A DNA stretch of 64,000 nt from Octopus sinensis (GCF_006345805.1 NC_043012.1:58218001-58282000), one strand, 5' to 3'. Positions 50,449 to 64,000 are shown, counted from the first letter of the stretch. Program-made: numbers and translations. The notes: a model not told the origin generated them from the sequence alone.

Positions 50449-51967
50449 ATGTATGTATGTATGTATGTATGTATGTATGTATGTATGTATGTATGCATGT
50501 ATTCGAAGCACACAGGTGCCAAAAATACCGCCCACCTTATACGTAACATTGATGACTTCTCCACCCTCACACCTCAACGCCCTGTCCCACCTTAGTCTGT
50601 TAGCCTAGTCTTTTCCATAATCCACGGTCCATCTTGCCTAATTTCTGCTTCATACCGTCATCCTCAGCCAACTGCCCCAAATTTCGTGAACACCCATTCC
50701 CTTATTCAAAGGGTGTCTACTTTGGCCAGTATATTTCCTTGGAATTCGACCTCCCTCAACACCAATTTAGATCACTTTGCTGTTCTACTTCTGTTGTAAC
50801 ATACGTCCTTACATTTAAAACACTTCTAACATTCGTTTCTAGCCACTAACTATTTCACTTATACTACTGGAAGGGATATTTACTGTATAAATGTTTTAGC
50901 TCTGTGTTCTCGTTTACTCTAGAAAAAAAAGAAAAAGACCACAAGTCAGCGAATCACACATTCAAACGTGCATAAAACGTCCGTTTAAACAACACTATAT
51001 CATCTGTACTTTTCCACTTCAAATCCCCAACCCACACTATTTCCTACATATCGCTCTCTTCCGTATTATTTCCCAAAATGAATACCCTGCTTCTCGCAAT
51101 GTAAAAAAAGAAATGAAAAATAAAATGGAAAAAGAAAGCAAGTCGTATCTTCCGCTACGTATCCTTCACCCCCTCGGGCTTGAATTCCATGCTTATGTTC
51201 ACATAACTGCACCCAACTACACCGCAATTTACATCTCGACATTGCACCTCACGGTAACACACCACTCTCTCTCTCACACACACAGACACACCATAAATAA
51301 CGCATTCATTAATGCTAGGTATCTAAATATCCATATAAAATAAACTTACCATGCGTACAAAAGCAGAATTTCACAAGTACACAGGCATACGAGTGCACAG
51401 GCACACAGACACACTATTAAACATAAGATCACACCTCACACGAACACGTACACACGTTCACTGAAACTAACGCCTACACATATATTCCAACTCGATAAAC
51501 TGCACATGTATCAAACACGAATATATCTCATTAGCTACACACTATTCCTAAAACATTCATAGCAACAAATGAACTTGTATCGTAAAAAACGCAGGCATAA
51601 GCACTATCTCAACTTTTACACTTGTATACATATAAACTCATTGACATATATACAAAAGTTCATCGTATACAAGCACACACGCCAATGCTCTGTATCCGCC
51701 CACACGAGCAGATGCATGTGATTATTTTCGTCCTCTTCTCTTACTCGTTACATAATCACTACATGCACGTGTACATCAACAACATCATGTTTCACCTTAC
51801 ATCTACTCAAGCGTATGCGTTGGCGTACATGAGTACGGAGTTTGTATCTGTACACGTATACTTGTGTGCATGTATAAATACTATAATATATGCGTACATA
51901 CATACATACATACACACACACACACCACACACAAACACACACACACACACCACACACCCACACACAC

Positions 51968-52015
<48 letters not shown>

Positions 52016-52020
<5 letters not shown>

Positions 52021-52354
52021 GGGTAAAGACCCCCTTCGGTCATGAATGACCATGGGATTGCACCTAGAAAGTACCCTCCTAGACACAAGTCGGGCAAGGT
52101 TGTTTATGGAAGGCTAGCAGTCGCCATGCATACCAGCCTCCCCTCTCCACGCCACCAGTGTTATCCAAGGGAAAGACAAGGTCGATACAGCTTGGCACCT
52201 GTGACGTCGCAACTCATTCTACAGCTGAGTGAACTGGAGCAACGTGAAATAAAGTGCCTTGCTCGAGAACACAACACGCAGCCCGGTCCGGGATTCGAGC
52301 TCACAACCTCACGATCGTAAGCTCGACGCTCTAACCAAAGCCATGCGCCTTCAC
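52016..52354 (-). mobile_element. tRNA-derived SINE type 2, left copy of the palindrome
   Basis: GAAGGCGCATGGCT..GGTTAGAGCG..GAGCTCGAATCCC A/B boxes, body GCAAGGCACTTTATTTCACGTTGCTCCAG. Confidence 0.9.
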
Positions 52355-52397
52355 TATATAATATATATACATATATATATTATATATATATATATAT

Positions 52398-52448
<51 letters not shown>

Positions 52449-52462
52449 ATATATATATAATA

Positions 52463-52548
<86 letters not shown>

Positions 52549-52599
52549 ATTGTATATATATATATATATTATATATATATATGTATATATATATATATA

Positions 52600-52938
52600 G
52601 TGAAGGCGCATGGCTCAGTGGTTAGAGCGTCGAGCTTACGATCGTGAGGTTGTGAGCTCGAATCCCGGACAGGGTGCGTGTTTGTGTTCTCGAGCAAGGC
52701 ACTTTATTTCACGTTGCTCCAGTTCACTCAGCTGTAGAAATGAGTTGCGACGTCACAGGTGCCAAGCTGTATCGACCTTTGTCTTTCCCTTGGATAACAC
52801 TGGTGGCGTGGAGAGGGAGGCTGGTATGCATGGGCGACTGCTAGCCTTCCATAAACAACCTTGCCCGGACTTGTGTCTAGGAGGGTAACTTTCTAGGTGC
52901 AATCCCATGGTCATTCATGACCGAAGGGGTCTTTACCC

Positions 52939-52942
<4 letters not shown>
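52600..52942 (+). mobile_element. tRNA-derived SINE type 2, right copy of the palindrome
   Basis: GTGAAGGCGCATGGCTCAGTGGTTAGAGCGTCGAGCTTACGATCGTGAGGTTGTGAGCTCGAATCCC. Confidence 0.9.
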
Positions 52943-52986
<44 letters not shown>

Positions 52987-53001
52987 GTGTGTGTGTGTGT
53001 G

Positions 53002-53032
<31 letters not shown>

Positions 53033-53123
53033 TGTGTTATGTATGTATGTACGATATATTATAGTATTATCATGCACACAAGTATACGTGTACAGATACA
53101 AACTCCGTACTCATGTACGCCAA

Positions 53124-53187
<64 letters not shown>

Positions 53188-53353
53188 ATATATATCATAT
53201 ATATATATACATAGTCATGACAGAAATATACACATAGACATGACAGAATAGTCTCGCCGTAAAACATTGCTTATGTCTATTTATTTGAAAATGTTTATAT
53301 TTTTCAGAAATTGAAATTTTTATGTTTCAAGTTCTATATGTGACTGTTTAATC

Positions 53354-54238
53354 ATGCCACGTACAAAAGAAACCATGGAAGTGTCCAAATTTCAAAGAGG
53401 CCATATTTTGGGTCAATATGAACGTGGTTAGCGTGAAATCGCAGAAAACCTTGGGATCCCGCATTTTACAGTTAACAGGGTGATTGTCCTATTCACCAGA
53501 GAGATGAAGGAGTCTACTTCACGTTGCCTGGATCAACCAGGGCCCTCTGACAGGACCCTTGGCTTTGTTAAGTGAAGTGTGGAGGATAATCCTCATTGCA
53601 AGGTCTCTAACATTGCAGAACAAGTTGATGTCAGTCTCTGAATAGCTCTCAGGTATCTCCACAAATTTGGCTACTATGGCAGAGCAGCAAGAAGAAAGCC
53701 ACTTCTTCAATCAGCCAATATGTAGTGGAGAAAAAAATTGGGCCAGTGAGATGATGGAATGGCTGCAAGCATTTCGGGACACTATCATATTCTCTGATGA
53801 GTTTTGATTTACTGTATCTTATGTCAGTCGAGTGTGGGTCTGGAGACATTGTGATCGAAAATTTGCTACCAACAATGAAACAAAGCAGTTATTTCTGGGA
53901 TAATCAGGGGAGCAATTTAGAGCAAGGCTCAAACAGAAGATGGCGCTCCTTGTCACAGGGCTAAAAAGACCTAAGATTGGTTGGAAAAGAATAGCTTTAA
54001 AAATCCTCCGTGGCCAAGCCAGTCACCAGGTACGAACAATATTGAACACCTCTGGGGTATAAAGGATAGGACACTTCGTAAAAAGAGAAACGATACATCT
54101 TCAAAGGAAGATCTTTTGAGATTACTGTGTGAAACTTGGCAAGAAATTTCGCAAGACAATATTCGTCATCTGATCAGTAGCATCCCTTATTGGATCCTTG
54201 CGTCAAAAAATGCAAAGGGCATGTCTACTAAATATTAG
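53354..54238 (+). mobile_element. Tc1-like (DD34E-type) transposase remnant with stops and internal rearrangement
   Basis: [70 protein letters not shown]. Confidence 0.88.
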
Positions 54239-54626
54239 GTTTTTTTACATTATATATATATATATATAATTAGTTAATTACGGTATAAAAAGTAATAGAT
54301 AATTCGAATATATAATCTCAGATTTAAATAGATTTTAATGATTATAAGGCTGTCCATTTAGTCCTGTCATATCTGTGTGTATATATATATAGATATATAT
54401 TCAAATTGATGCAATGCTTGCATTGTTCAATTAAATGGAGCTGCTTGAAACGGCCGTAAGCACTAATACTTTGACATCCTTGATACTTATTTCCTTTATA
54501 TATATATAGTATATATATATATATATATATATATAATTATATATATATATATTATATATATATAATATGAATATATATATATGAATATATATGTATGTAT
54601 ATATATATATAGATATAGATATATGA

Positions 54627-54658
<32 letters not shown>

Positions 54659-54904
54659 TATATATATACATACATACACGTACAAAACATGGAATACATG
54701 AGAATGTATTCATGCAACGATCGTTTCAACGCATCGAGCCTCCTTGAGTGCGATGCTGTACACGTAGTTGTGGTGCATCCGTTGGGCAACAGGCGTCTCC
54801 AGTGATGTTATAAGGAGCATCACGTTAAATAAAATGTTCCGGTCGGTTTTAATGTAACATTTCGTTAATGACAGAATGTTTAAGCCCTTTCAACTGTATA
54901 TTGA

Positions 54905-55078
54905 GGAAACTATCTATGTATGCATGTATGCATGTATGTATGTATGCATGTATGTATGTATGTATGTATGTATGTATGTATGTATGTATGTATGTATGTA
55001 TGTACGTATGTATGTATGTATGTATGTATGCATGTATATATGCATGTATGTATGCATGTATATATGTATGTATATATA
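54905..55078. repeat. (TATG)n microsatellite
   Basis: Directly visible. Confidence 0.95.
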
Positions 55079-55249
55079 AAAGGTTGGATGGGTGGAGGGA
55101 TTGTTTAACGTCTCCAAAGATTGTGCAGCTTCGTTAATCAATTTTAGGGCTCTACTGAGTTCTATTATGACGAACCGCTTAGTCAAGAATACGGAAACAC
55201 AGTAGCAGCGCTTCTCAAGTGGTAATACATATATATGTCCCACTCTTTC

Positions 55250-55778
55250 CTCAGGATTTGCTGTAAATGATCAAGACTTAGATGTGAAGTTCTGTTTGTA
55301 GAGCGCTCCAATTTTTCCCATACGCCCATAGACCAGGAAATTCAAGCCTACGCTGGAAGAAAGCTAGAATTTGGCACGCCAAAAATCGAAGTTGTCTTCG
55401 CAGAATCTCTGTACTTTGTTCGCCGTATGAGCAGAAGAGCCATCTCGGATCCACGTATAATTACCGTTGGTGTAGTTAGACTTCATCCAAGGCAAAACCT
55501 TATACCGCAGGACTTTATTATAAACGTCAGACCCCCACCTTTTCCCCAGACTTGAAAATGTGGAGAGGAATCTTTTCCTCGATAGACGCCACGACTCCCA
55601 GTATCATGACTTGAGCTGAGGGCTTGGTCCTAAAGAAGCCCTTTACTCTGAAAGGTGACTTACCAATGCATCGATCATTGCGACGTTTTAAAACATAAAA
55701 CAGCATCAACGTTAATATGAGATGTCAGAGTCATTTTCACTCCTGCGTAATTTAGACGACAGTTTATTCACCTCACAC

Positions 55779-55780
<2 letters not shown>
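55250..55780 (-). mobile_element. maT/DD37D-like transposase fragment
   Basis: FRTKPSAQVMILGVVAS..KSGEKVG..YYKVLRYKVLPWMKSNY..WIRDGSSAHTANKVQRFC. Confidence 0.85.
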
Positions 55781-55825
<45 letters not shown>

Positions 55826-56426
55826 ATATTTATATGTATATACACACATATGTACTAATATATATGTATTTATATATATATATATATATGCATATATATA
55901 TTATATATATATATATATATATTTGTGTGTATCTGTGTGAGCGTGTGAGTGCTTGTGTGTGTGTATGTGCATATGTGTACATGTATATGCATATGTATTG
56001 ATTCTATTTTTACACCAGATATCTGATATATATAATCTCATATGAGTGGCATGCATTACACTCGATGTAACATAAGAATAACCAAGGGACATCATATTGA
56101 TGCAAACGGCGGCTGTAAGTTTCTGACATTCCACAGATTAAAAGTCGAGCCTAATTTCCGGTCTTTGTAAGAAAGCTATTGTTTCCAGCGACTTTAAATA
56201 CCGTACGGTGGCCGTAAGGTTTTGTCATCGAAATATGAAGTATTTTGCCTCCAGCACCATTCTTGAATATATTTCTGTTCTACAGATATATAAATCTACA
56301 GTGAGGGCAAAAATTAATAGTGTAGATTTTCTCACTAGTGAGATTATACATCGACAAATGACTTACTTAACATTGTAGCTTAAGCTCCGTAAATCACACA
56401 TTTGATGGACTCATTTGATGGGCGAG

Positions 56427-57250
56427 TACTAAGAGTTAATATCTAAACGATTCTGGACTAATTCTGTCGCGTGTCAACGGATAGCAGCACGTTTTTGCGT
56501 GCTCAGTGAGAGCTAGCAGCGACCATCTTGAGGCAGTGTGCCGAGACACATCGCTGTGTTTACTGCGTAAATTGTGATCACGTGTATGCTATGGTCTCTG
56601 ATTTTTGTCATGGTCAGAAAATTGGAACAAAGAGCCAACATGAAATTTTGCGCATAACTTAGGAAGTGTACTGCAGAGATATTGAGCATGATTGAGCAAG
56701 CTTACGGCGACGAGGTAATGGTTCGCATGTAATGTTTCGAGTGGCATAGGCGCTTCAACATCGGAAGAACTATTCTAGAAGACGATGAGCGATCAGGAGG
56801 ATTTACCACGATCGTCACCCCTGGTAATGTGGCATTGTGCATCAAGAATTCGTCCTGCAGGGTCAGACCATCAGTGGAGAGCTCTGCTGCGACATTTTGA
56901 AGCGTATGATGAGAAGGACATTCGACGAAAGCGACCAGATCTGCGGAGCTTTCCTCAATCGTGAGTTTCTCGCTACAAACGACATGGTATCGCAACGCAC
57001 CCGCCCTATTCGCTGGATTTGGCACCAGCGGAATTCCATTCCTTTCTGAAGATGGAAATACATCTTCAAGGTCGCATTTTAACACTGTTGTCGAAATCCA
57101 GATCGAATTTGCAGAAGATCTGTAATTTGCCTACGGGAAAACGACTTACAGACCTCAACTCAAAAGTGGCAGGAACTCTGGGACCGGTGTACTGCTGCGC
57201 AAGGTGACTATTTCGAAGGAGGTGATTTTGAAACTTAGGTAAATAAGATG
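56427..57250 (+). mobile_element. Mariner remnant with internal deletions
   Basis: LEQRANMKFC..EQAYGDEVM..FEWHRRF..LEDDERSG..VHQEFVLQGQTISGELCCDILKR; TIR-like 5' end TACTAAGAG..TTCTGGACT. Confidence 0.85.
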
Positions 57251-57267
57251 TTTGTGTGTGTGTGTCT

Positions 57268-57440
57268 ACTAAAATCGCTTGACAACCGATGCTGGTGTGT
57301 TTACTCTCCTGTAAGCTAGCGGTTCGGCAAAAGAGACAGATAGAATAAGTACTCGGCTTACAAAGAATAAGTTGATTTGCTCGACTGAAGGTAGTGCTGC
57401 AGCATGGCCGCAGTCAAAATGACTGCAACAAATAAAAGAA
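57268..57440 (+). mobile_element. SINE type 1, 3' half
   Basis: GCTTGACAACCGATGCTGG..GCATGGCCGCAGTCAAAATGACTG. Confidence 0.85.
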
Positions 57441-57475
57441 TATATGTATATTTGATATATATATTTTATATAATA

Positions 57476-57545
<70 letters not shown>

Positions 57546-58105
57546 CCTGCTCCCTATCTGTCTCTCACACACATATATGTAAGTATATATATATATATAT
57601 ATCACAACCCCCCACGACGTGAAGTCATCATCTTTCCTCATCACGAAGATAAACTCTCGGGTCATATTCTTCAAATTATAAACGATATTTGTTTTACCGA
57701 AATCCTATATTTCCGCATTTTAATCGAGAAGAATATATTTAATATTAACCGAACATGACACTACATTAAGCAATTAATTATAGACAGGAGAGGAAGGTAA
57801 TTCCTGAAACGTGCCTTACAGGAGAAGAAGGATTCGTAATGCAGTAGAAACGTTGGCTTCAGAACACCTGTTTGACGTGGATGGATTTCAAATCTGTGAC
57901 AGATTTCGTTTTAAATAACTCACGAGAGTATGAATGATGTTGGCCAAAGACCAGTTGACGTACACATCTGCGTAAACGGATGGTGACCGGCTTGTGCGGT
58001 TAAAATAGTTTAGCGCTTCTTATACATGCATGTATATATATAAACATACATACATACATACATATAATATAAATATAATATATATATATATATATTATAT
58101 ATATT

Positions 58106-58137
<32 letters not shown>

Positions 58138-58164
58138 TATATATATATATATAATATATATTAC

Positions 58165-58211
<47 letters not shown>

Positions 58212-58259
58212 CTACATATACATATATATTTATAATATAATAATATATATATTATATAT

Positions 58260-58317
<58 letters not shown>

Positions 58318-58649
58318 GGGTGTGTATGTGCTCAGTGGGAAAATACCAGCTGCAATCAGGCAGGCATACACACATTGTACATGATGTTATACACACATAT
58401 ACAATACGTGGTGTGTGTGTGTGTGTGTGTGTGGTGTGTGTGTTGTTGTGTGTGGTGTGTATGTGCGTGCGTGTGTATGTATGTATGATATTGTTGATAT
58501 AAAGGTTCGTTGGTGTGTTGGCTGATTGGTTGGTGGTTGGTTGGTTGGTCGGTTGGTGGTTGGGTTGATACTTCTGTCACACTTTTTCAGAAAGATTAGA
58601 AAGAAAGGGCAACTGTTAAAGAGAGATGCAAAGAGATCTTTATCTACTA

Positions 58650-58830
58650 CACGCATTTTTTTCTCTCCTTGTTTCTCTCCTGGTTTTTTTCTGTGTATCT
58701 TTCTATCGAAGAGCGTAGGCTCGAAACGTAAAATACTTTTTTCTATTCCTGAGCGCTATACTAATACATTTGTTTCTTTGTACTCCACCTGCCTTCGTCT
58801 TTTGTTTATTTTCGTAAACTTTCTCTTTAT
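58650..58830 (+). mobile_element. Second copy of the pLTR-like repeat with degenerate hammerhead motif
   Basis: Similar to 17640-17820; CTTT-CTATCGA-A-GAGC-GTAG-GCTC-GAAAC-GTA. Confidence 0.6.
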
Positions 58831-59010
58831 ATATATATAAAACTCTCTCTCGCTCTCTCACTCACAGACACACACATACGCGCACACAAGCACACGTACA
58901 TATAGAAGAAAATGAATTAGAAGAGGAGATGCTGGAGGAGATGTACGAGGAGATGGAACTATACATACATAATATATATATATTATATATATATATATAT
59001 ATATTATATA

Positions 59011-59372
59011 GGCTTAAGTGTAGCCGTGTGGTTAGATGTCTGCTTCCCAGCCACATGGTTCCCGGTACATCCCCACTCTATGGCACCTTGGGCGAGTATC
59101 TAATACTATATCCTCCAGCCGACCAATACCTTATGAGTAGATTTCTTTAGACGGAAACTCAAGGAATCCCATCGTGTATATATATATGAATACGTGTGTG
59201 TGTGTGTGTTTGTCTATCCTTTCGTCCCCAACCCACACTTGTCAACCGCAGTTATGTCCCCGTAACTTAGCGGCTCTGAAAAGAGTGACCGATAGAATAT
59301 GTACCACTACTTTAAAAAATAAGTGCTGGAGTCGATTCACTCGACTAAAATTTTTCAAGGTGTTGCTTCAGC
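59011..59372 (+). mobile_element. SINE type 1, degenerate
   Basis: GTAGCCGTGTGGTTAG head, GGCACCTTGGGCGAG, AGACGGAAAC, 3' half. Confidence 0.8.
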
Positions 59373-59975
59373 GCGTCGGACAAAATGTTAAGTGGCATTT
59401 TCTTTCGGTTCCTTCATTTCCTAGCTCAGTTATCGCTGAGGTCAACTTCGCTTTTCATCTCTCCGACATCGATAAAGTAAAATAACAATTTCCAGGCCTT
59501 TAGCTAGTTGCAGAAACGATGGATTGATTGGAAGTTATCCCTGAAAGGTTGAGCTCTGGTGGCGAATGCTTACATCGCTTCCGTTATAACTTAGCACCTG
59601 ACTCTTTTGTCTTGCCGAGATCCACGTTTAGCCAGACTGGGGCATTTACTTTTCCGCTTCCTGTACAAAGGGTGCGTACTTGTTCTCAAACAGTCCATCT
59701 GTTGCTAGCGCCCTCTCGAAGGCGGGCTGGGCATGCCATTGCTGCTGGTGTGCAGGCATTCGCTGCCGGCATTTTACTTACAGATATTCCTAGACGTTGG
59801 GATGGTGTGGTATTCATTTGTGAGACACGCCTATCCGCAGCTCAAACCTTGAACGGGCTATTGAACGGGTCAAGAAAAGATGAAGGCCGAGCATCTGACA
59901 CCAAGAACATCATCATGGGATCATCGTCTTTTATCAGTTGGGCAATGCGCTTCGATGAAAGTTCTGCCTTTGCTC

Positions 59976-60053
<78 letters not shown>

Positions 60054-60062
60054 TATATATAT

Positions 60063-60306
60063 AGGAGCACTAAGTCGGTTACGGCAACGAGGGTCCCAGC
60101 TGATACGATCAACGGAACAGCCTGCTCATGAAATTAACGTGCAAGGAACTTTGAAATACAGGTACAACTCATTTTTGCCAGCTGAGTGGACTGGAGCAAC
60201 GTGAAATAAAGTGTCTTGCTCAAGGACACACAATGTGCCACCAGGAATCGAACTCACGACCTTACAATCGTGAGTCGAATTCCCTAACCACTAAGCCACG
60301 CGCCTT

Positions 60307-60309
<3 letters not shown>
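60063..60309 (-). mobile_element. tRNA-derived SINE with type 2 head/body and a different tail
   Basis: GTGAAGGCGCGTGGCTTAGTGG..GAGTTCGATTCC, GTGTCCTTGAGCAAGACACTTTATTTCACGTTGCTCCAG. Confidence 0.85.
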
Positions 60310-60345
<36 letters not shown>

Positions 60346-60399
60346 CAGAGAGAGGAGAGAGAGAGGAGAGAGTGTGTGTGTGACAGAAAGAGTGGGGTG

Positions 60400-60900
60400 G
60401 TTTGAGCGATAACGTTAGCTAGGCGTTGACGAAGATGCAGTAGCTGGTTTTATCTCGGGAACTACAACCGATAACTTCTAGAATTCCTTGGCCTGGCAGT
60501 GTTACCGATGAGTACGACCGTTTTGAAAAAGTCTTCTCTAGATACAGAAGCGCCGCTAGGTATGACTGCCCGAAATGCACGCAAAGTGTTGAAACAGTAC
60601 TGCATGCACTGACGTACTATCCCAACACAGTTGACTTATGGAATTGATGTTATCGCATGTAGAAGGAATCTGACTGTCGGTTGAACTCATAATGAGGATC
60701 GTGCCACCACCCACATTTAACAAGGCAGAACAGGCTTTGTTCCTCTGGATAGTGGCTATGGCGAAAGGTTTCTTGGTGGACGACGCTGAAAAAAAATTAC
60801 TACACTTTCCTCTTGGATCGAACCGTCATCGACTTTTTCAGATTCCACTTTCTGTTTTATATTTAGTTCCCCAAAATCTATGACTTCTTTACATGGTATA
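60400..60900 (+). mobile_element. Tx1/L1-like LINE C-terminal fragment (zinc knuckle), degenerate
   Basis: NSLAWQCYR, CPKCTQSVETVLHAL, RIVPPPTFNKAEQALFLWIVAMAK. Confidence 0.75.
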
Positions 60901-62016
60901 TGCTGCCATTTTTTAACAGGAGAAAGTTTGATTTGAGGGAAATTACGCTGCTATTTTGAGACTGCCTTCTTGACTTTATATCCATTTGAAAACGATTTTG
61001 GTGTATACATCCGTGCATAGCATTTCCTTTTCTACTTCCTCATTCTCCAAGTTTTTTAAATGAAATATGTGTGAGATATAATATTCATAATCCTTCTGGG
61101 TCAGCCTACTACGATTTCCTTTCAGCATGTCAAACTTCCAGTCCACTTTCTCACATTCTACTTTCAAATAATCTTCCAAGTTATGATTCTTTTATCTCAT
61201 TTGCAAGGGAACTAATATGGTTTCTTTTCTCTTTGCCTCTGTCTCTCTCTCTGCCTGTCTCTCTCACTGCCTCAATTTCCCTTCCCCCTTTCTCTCTCCT
61301 TCTTTCTTTCTCCCTCTCGACCTATTTCCATTTGATGAAACGATCAGTTACTCAGCTTCACTTTTAGTTAAGATTCCCTGTATGAAAAAGAGTAATAAAT
61401 AAATAAATAAATAAAAGAAAATAGAATTTAAAAAAATAAATTAAATAAAAATAACACACAAATATAAAGAAGCATCTCACTGCATTCAAGATTTCCTTTT
61501 CATCTAATATTATTCTTCATGGAAGCTGTCTTCGTATTTTCGATACATCTCTTTCAGAATGCCACCAGGCAATACCGTTCTATTTTTCTAAATACTCCAA
61601 CAGCTTCACCGTCCTGTTAACAGTTTCAAATTATAATTACCTATTTTCATTTACTCATATTTTTGTTACCTATTTTCTGATATACGCATGCTGCGCTTGG
61701 ATTCTTCTGAAACATATACTATATCTGAGACGTCTGGAGTTGGACACCGGCTAAATCATTATCTAGGACTTGAATAACGGAAGGATAATTCGGAAATGTT
61801 ATTCCAAAACCATGTTCAATATTCAGATGATAAGAACTGGTGTCATGGTTGCTGATGCACTTAGGAGACCGTCGTTGGATCATAATACGTGAGACATGAA
61901 TGAACGAGCACGAAGCAAGTGAAAGCTGTAGACACCTGCCATTGATGCTGTATACATTGGCTTCTGAAGTGTATTATACTTCGTTCATAAATTATACACC
62001 TCAACGTAAACATATA

Positions 62017-62206
62017 CTCTTTTGCTTGTTTCAGTCATTTGACTTTGGTATGCTGAAGCACCGCCTTTAGTCGAGCAAATCCACCTCAGGACTTATTCTT
62101 TGTAAGCCTAGTACTTATTCTATCGGTTTCTTTCGCCGAAATGCTAAGTTACGGCGATGCAAACACATCAGCATTGGTTGTCAAGCGATGTTGGGGGGAC
62201 GAACAC

Positions 62207-62287
<81 letters not shown>

Positions 62288-62445
62288 TACGACGGGTTTC
62301 TTTCAGTTTCCGTCTACCAAATCCACTCACAAGGCTTTGGTCGGCCCGAGGCTATAGTAGAAGATACTCACCCAAGGTGCCACGCAGTGGGACTGAACCC
62401 GAAACCATGTGGCTGGTAAGCAAGCAACTTACCACACAGCCACTC
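62017..62445 (-). mobile_element. tRNA-derived SINE type 1, near full length
   Basis: High similarity to 21033-21461 and 30237-30637. Confidence 0.92.
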
Positions 62446-64000
62446 TATCCATAACAAACAGACAAGATCAAACGATCACTAGGTACCAAATACGACAACA
62501 GTGCTAAACACAGTAGCATCTTGGACAGTGTTTTATCCAACAAAAAGCCACGAATCATGAAATTGAGTCGGTTTAAACAAGCAGAAATTCAGGAGATGCT
62601 TTGGAGCTGAATTAACGAGAAACCGTTTCTCTCAAATTGTGTCATTAAGATTTTAATTATGCTTACTGTTCGTTTTTCGACATCAGTGGCAGACGCCATT
62701 AGAAAAACTTATATCTATTTGCAAAGGAGCCTTCTCTTTCATCGATACCTGGTGGTTACCGCCCGTTGACGAGGGACAACAATCCCGAAACTAGTTCGAG
62801 CGTATCACTCAGGCTTGCGAGGAAAGGATGGACTCCCTTTGCAAATACTCCAAGGACACAGATATTGTGTCTAAAGCCAGCTAGAGACGAAGATCTCTTG
62901 GGGCTATAAAGCTACAGTAACACCCCCTCCCCAATGTGGTTAGCCATGATAAGATGGCTTCTATACTTTACATAGATTTTCTTTCAGTTTTCCATTAAAG
63001 GCACAGATTCCTGTGAAATGCCACGCTAGATATAACGCATAGGCATTATAATATTGTTCGTCGAAACTAGAAGTGGACAACATTTAGCATGTTTTTATTA
63101 TTTTTGTCTCTTGTTTGCAATTACTTAATTCTTCAGGAAATCTTTTCTCTCAATCTTATTTCCTTTGTCTAGGGTAAACATCGAGATTAGATTTATTATT
63201 TTTAACATTACTTTTCCCTTATAGTCATAACACTTGCATTTCAGTTGATGCAATCCATTAAATTAGTGATATTAAATAATATCTAGATAAGTGAAACGGA
63301 CTGTAAGTTCGAAGTTTCTGAAAAACGTCAACCAATGATTAGTTTTGTGTAATTAGTCTTGTGTAATTTTGTGTAATACAATCGAAAAGATATAAAGGCA
63401 TTCCAGACATCTCACCTTTTTCTGGCTAAGAATATTTTATGCTAATATGGCCTCTGATTCTGTAAGAAAACAGCCTGTTTCAAAGCATTTCAAGTGAAGT
63501 GTCTATATTAAAAACAATTATTTCAAGGCGCATACTGAGGACATGCAAATACATTTATAATGCATCATCTTATAATTTACACACATAAAAGGACATAATT
63601 AATCAATCAGATGTCTATCTTATGTGAATCCGCAGCCGGATTTGACTTGAACACTTATTGGAAGTTGGTGAACTTGATTCCCATCAGATAGCGCGGGTTA
63701 CAGACTGATGGTGTAAAGTCAATGCAATGCCGCTATTAGAGTGACAAGACGTTAGTAGGTTATACGAGAAGCAACTCTGTTAGTTAAATCATCGGCTTTC
63801 CCTGAATTGGTTTCTAGTTTAGTCAGTTGAAAATTTATCACGATAAGAGATCGTCTGCAACGAAAATTGAAAGTCATCTCAGCTTTCTTGTTACAGGATA
63901 TTGCAGTCTGCTTCAGTATATGCAGTTTCACAGAGAAACACAGAGTTTTATTACATAATGCGTTGCAGTAAAAAAGAGCTCTATCGATAAAGTTTCAAAT

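Larger units (their letters stand above)
51814..53129. repeat. 1.3-kb palindrome: ~540-bp inverted arms around an (AT)n core
   Basis: 51814-52354 is the reverse complement of 52600-53129, including unique flank, CA/AT tracts and the SINE. Confidence 0.92.

Noticed and set aside
52600-52675. tRNA gene (also other SINE heads such as 33020-33092, 60235-60309)
   Set aside because: A/B boxes are present but the cloverleaf stems do not pair fully and each head continues into a SINE body.
59528-60064. 178-aa plus-strand ORF in GC-richer sequence
   Set aside because: TTG start, runs into (CT)n, no motif I can recognise; may be a decayed element.
60976-61179. Charged 67-aa minus-strand ORF
   Set aside because: Short, TTG start, no homology or splice support.

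Overview
AT-rich eukaryotic, repeat-dominated DNA. The tRNA-derived SINE families and extreme microsatellite density match what I recognise from octopus (coleoid cephalopod) genomes; that taxon call is inference. No host protein-coding gene can be identified with confidence, and most ORFs in the track are microsatellite translations. Contents: many SINE copies of at least 4 types, seven Tc1/mariner/maT remnants, a nested RTE-type LINE (a 5'-truncated RT-bearing LINE inserted in frame into an endonuclease-bearing LINE), Penelope-like (GIY-YIG) and RLE- and Tx1/L1-type LINE fragments, an 11 x 173-bp tandem array, and several foldback/palindromic structures. The most notable signals are a set of type I hammerhead-ribozyme motifs (one apparently intact at 27995-28124), the in-frame LINE chimera, a 1.3-kb palindrome centred on (AT)n, and two weak orphan exon candidates on the minus strand. 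Frequent single-base indels suggest long-read assembly noise, so some frameshifts and the palindrome could be artefacts. Coordinates of degenerate elements are approximate.
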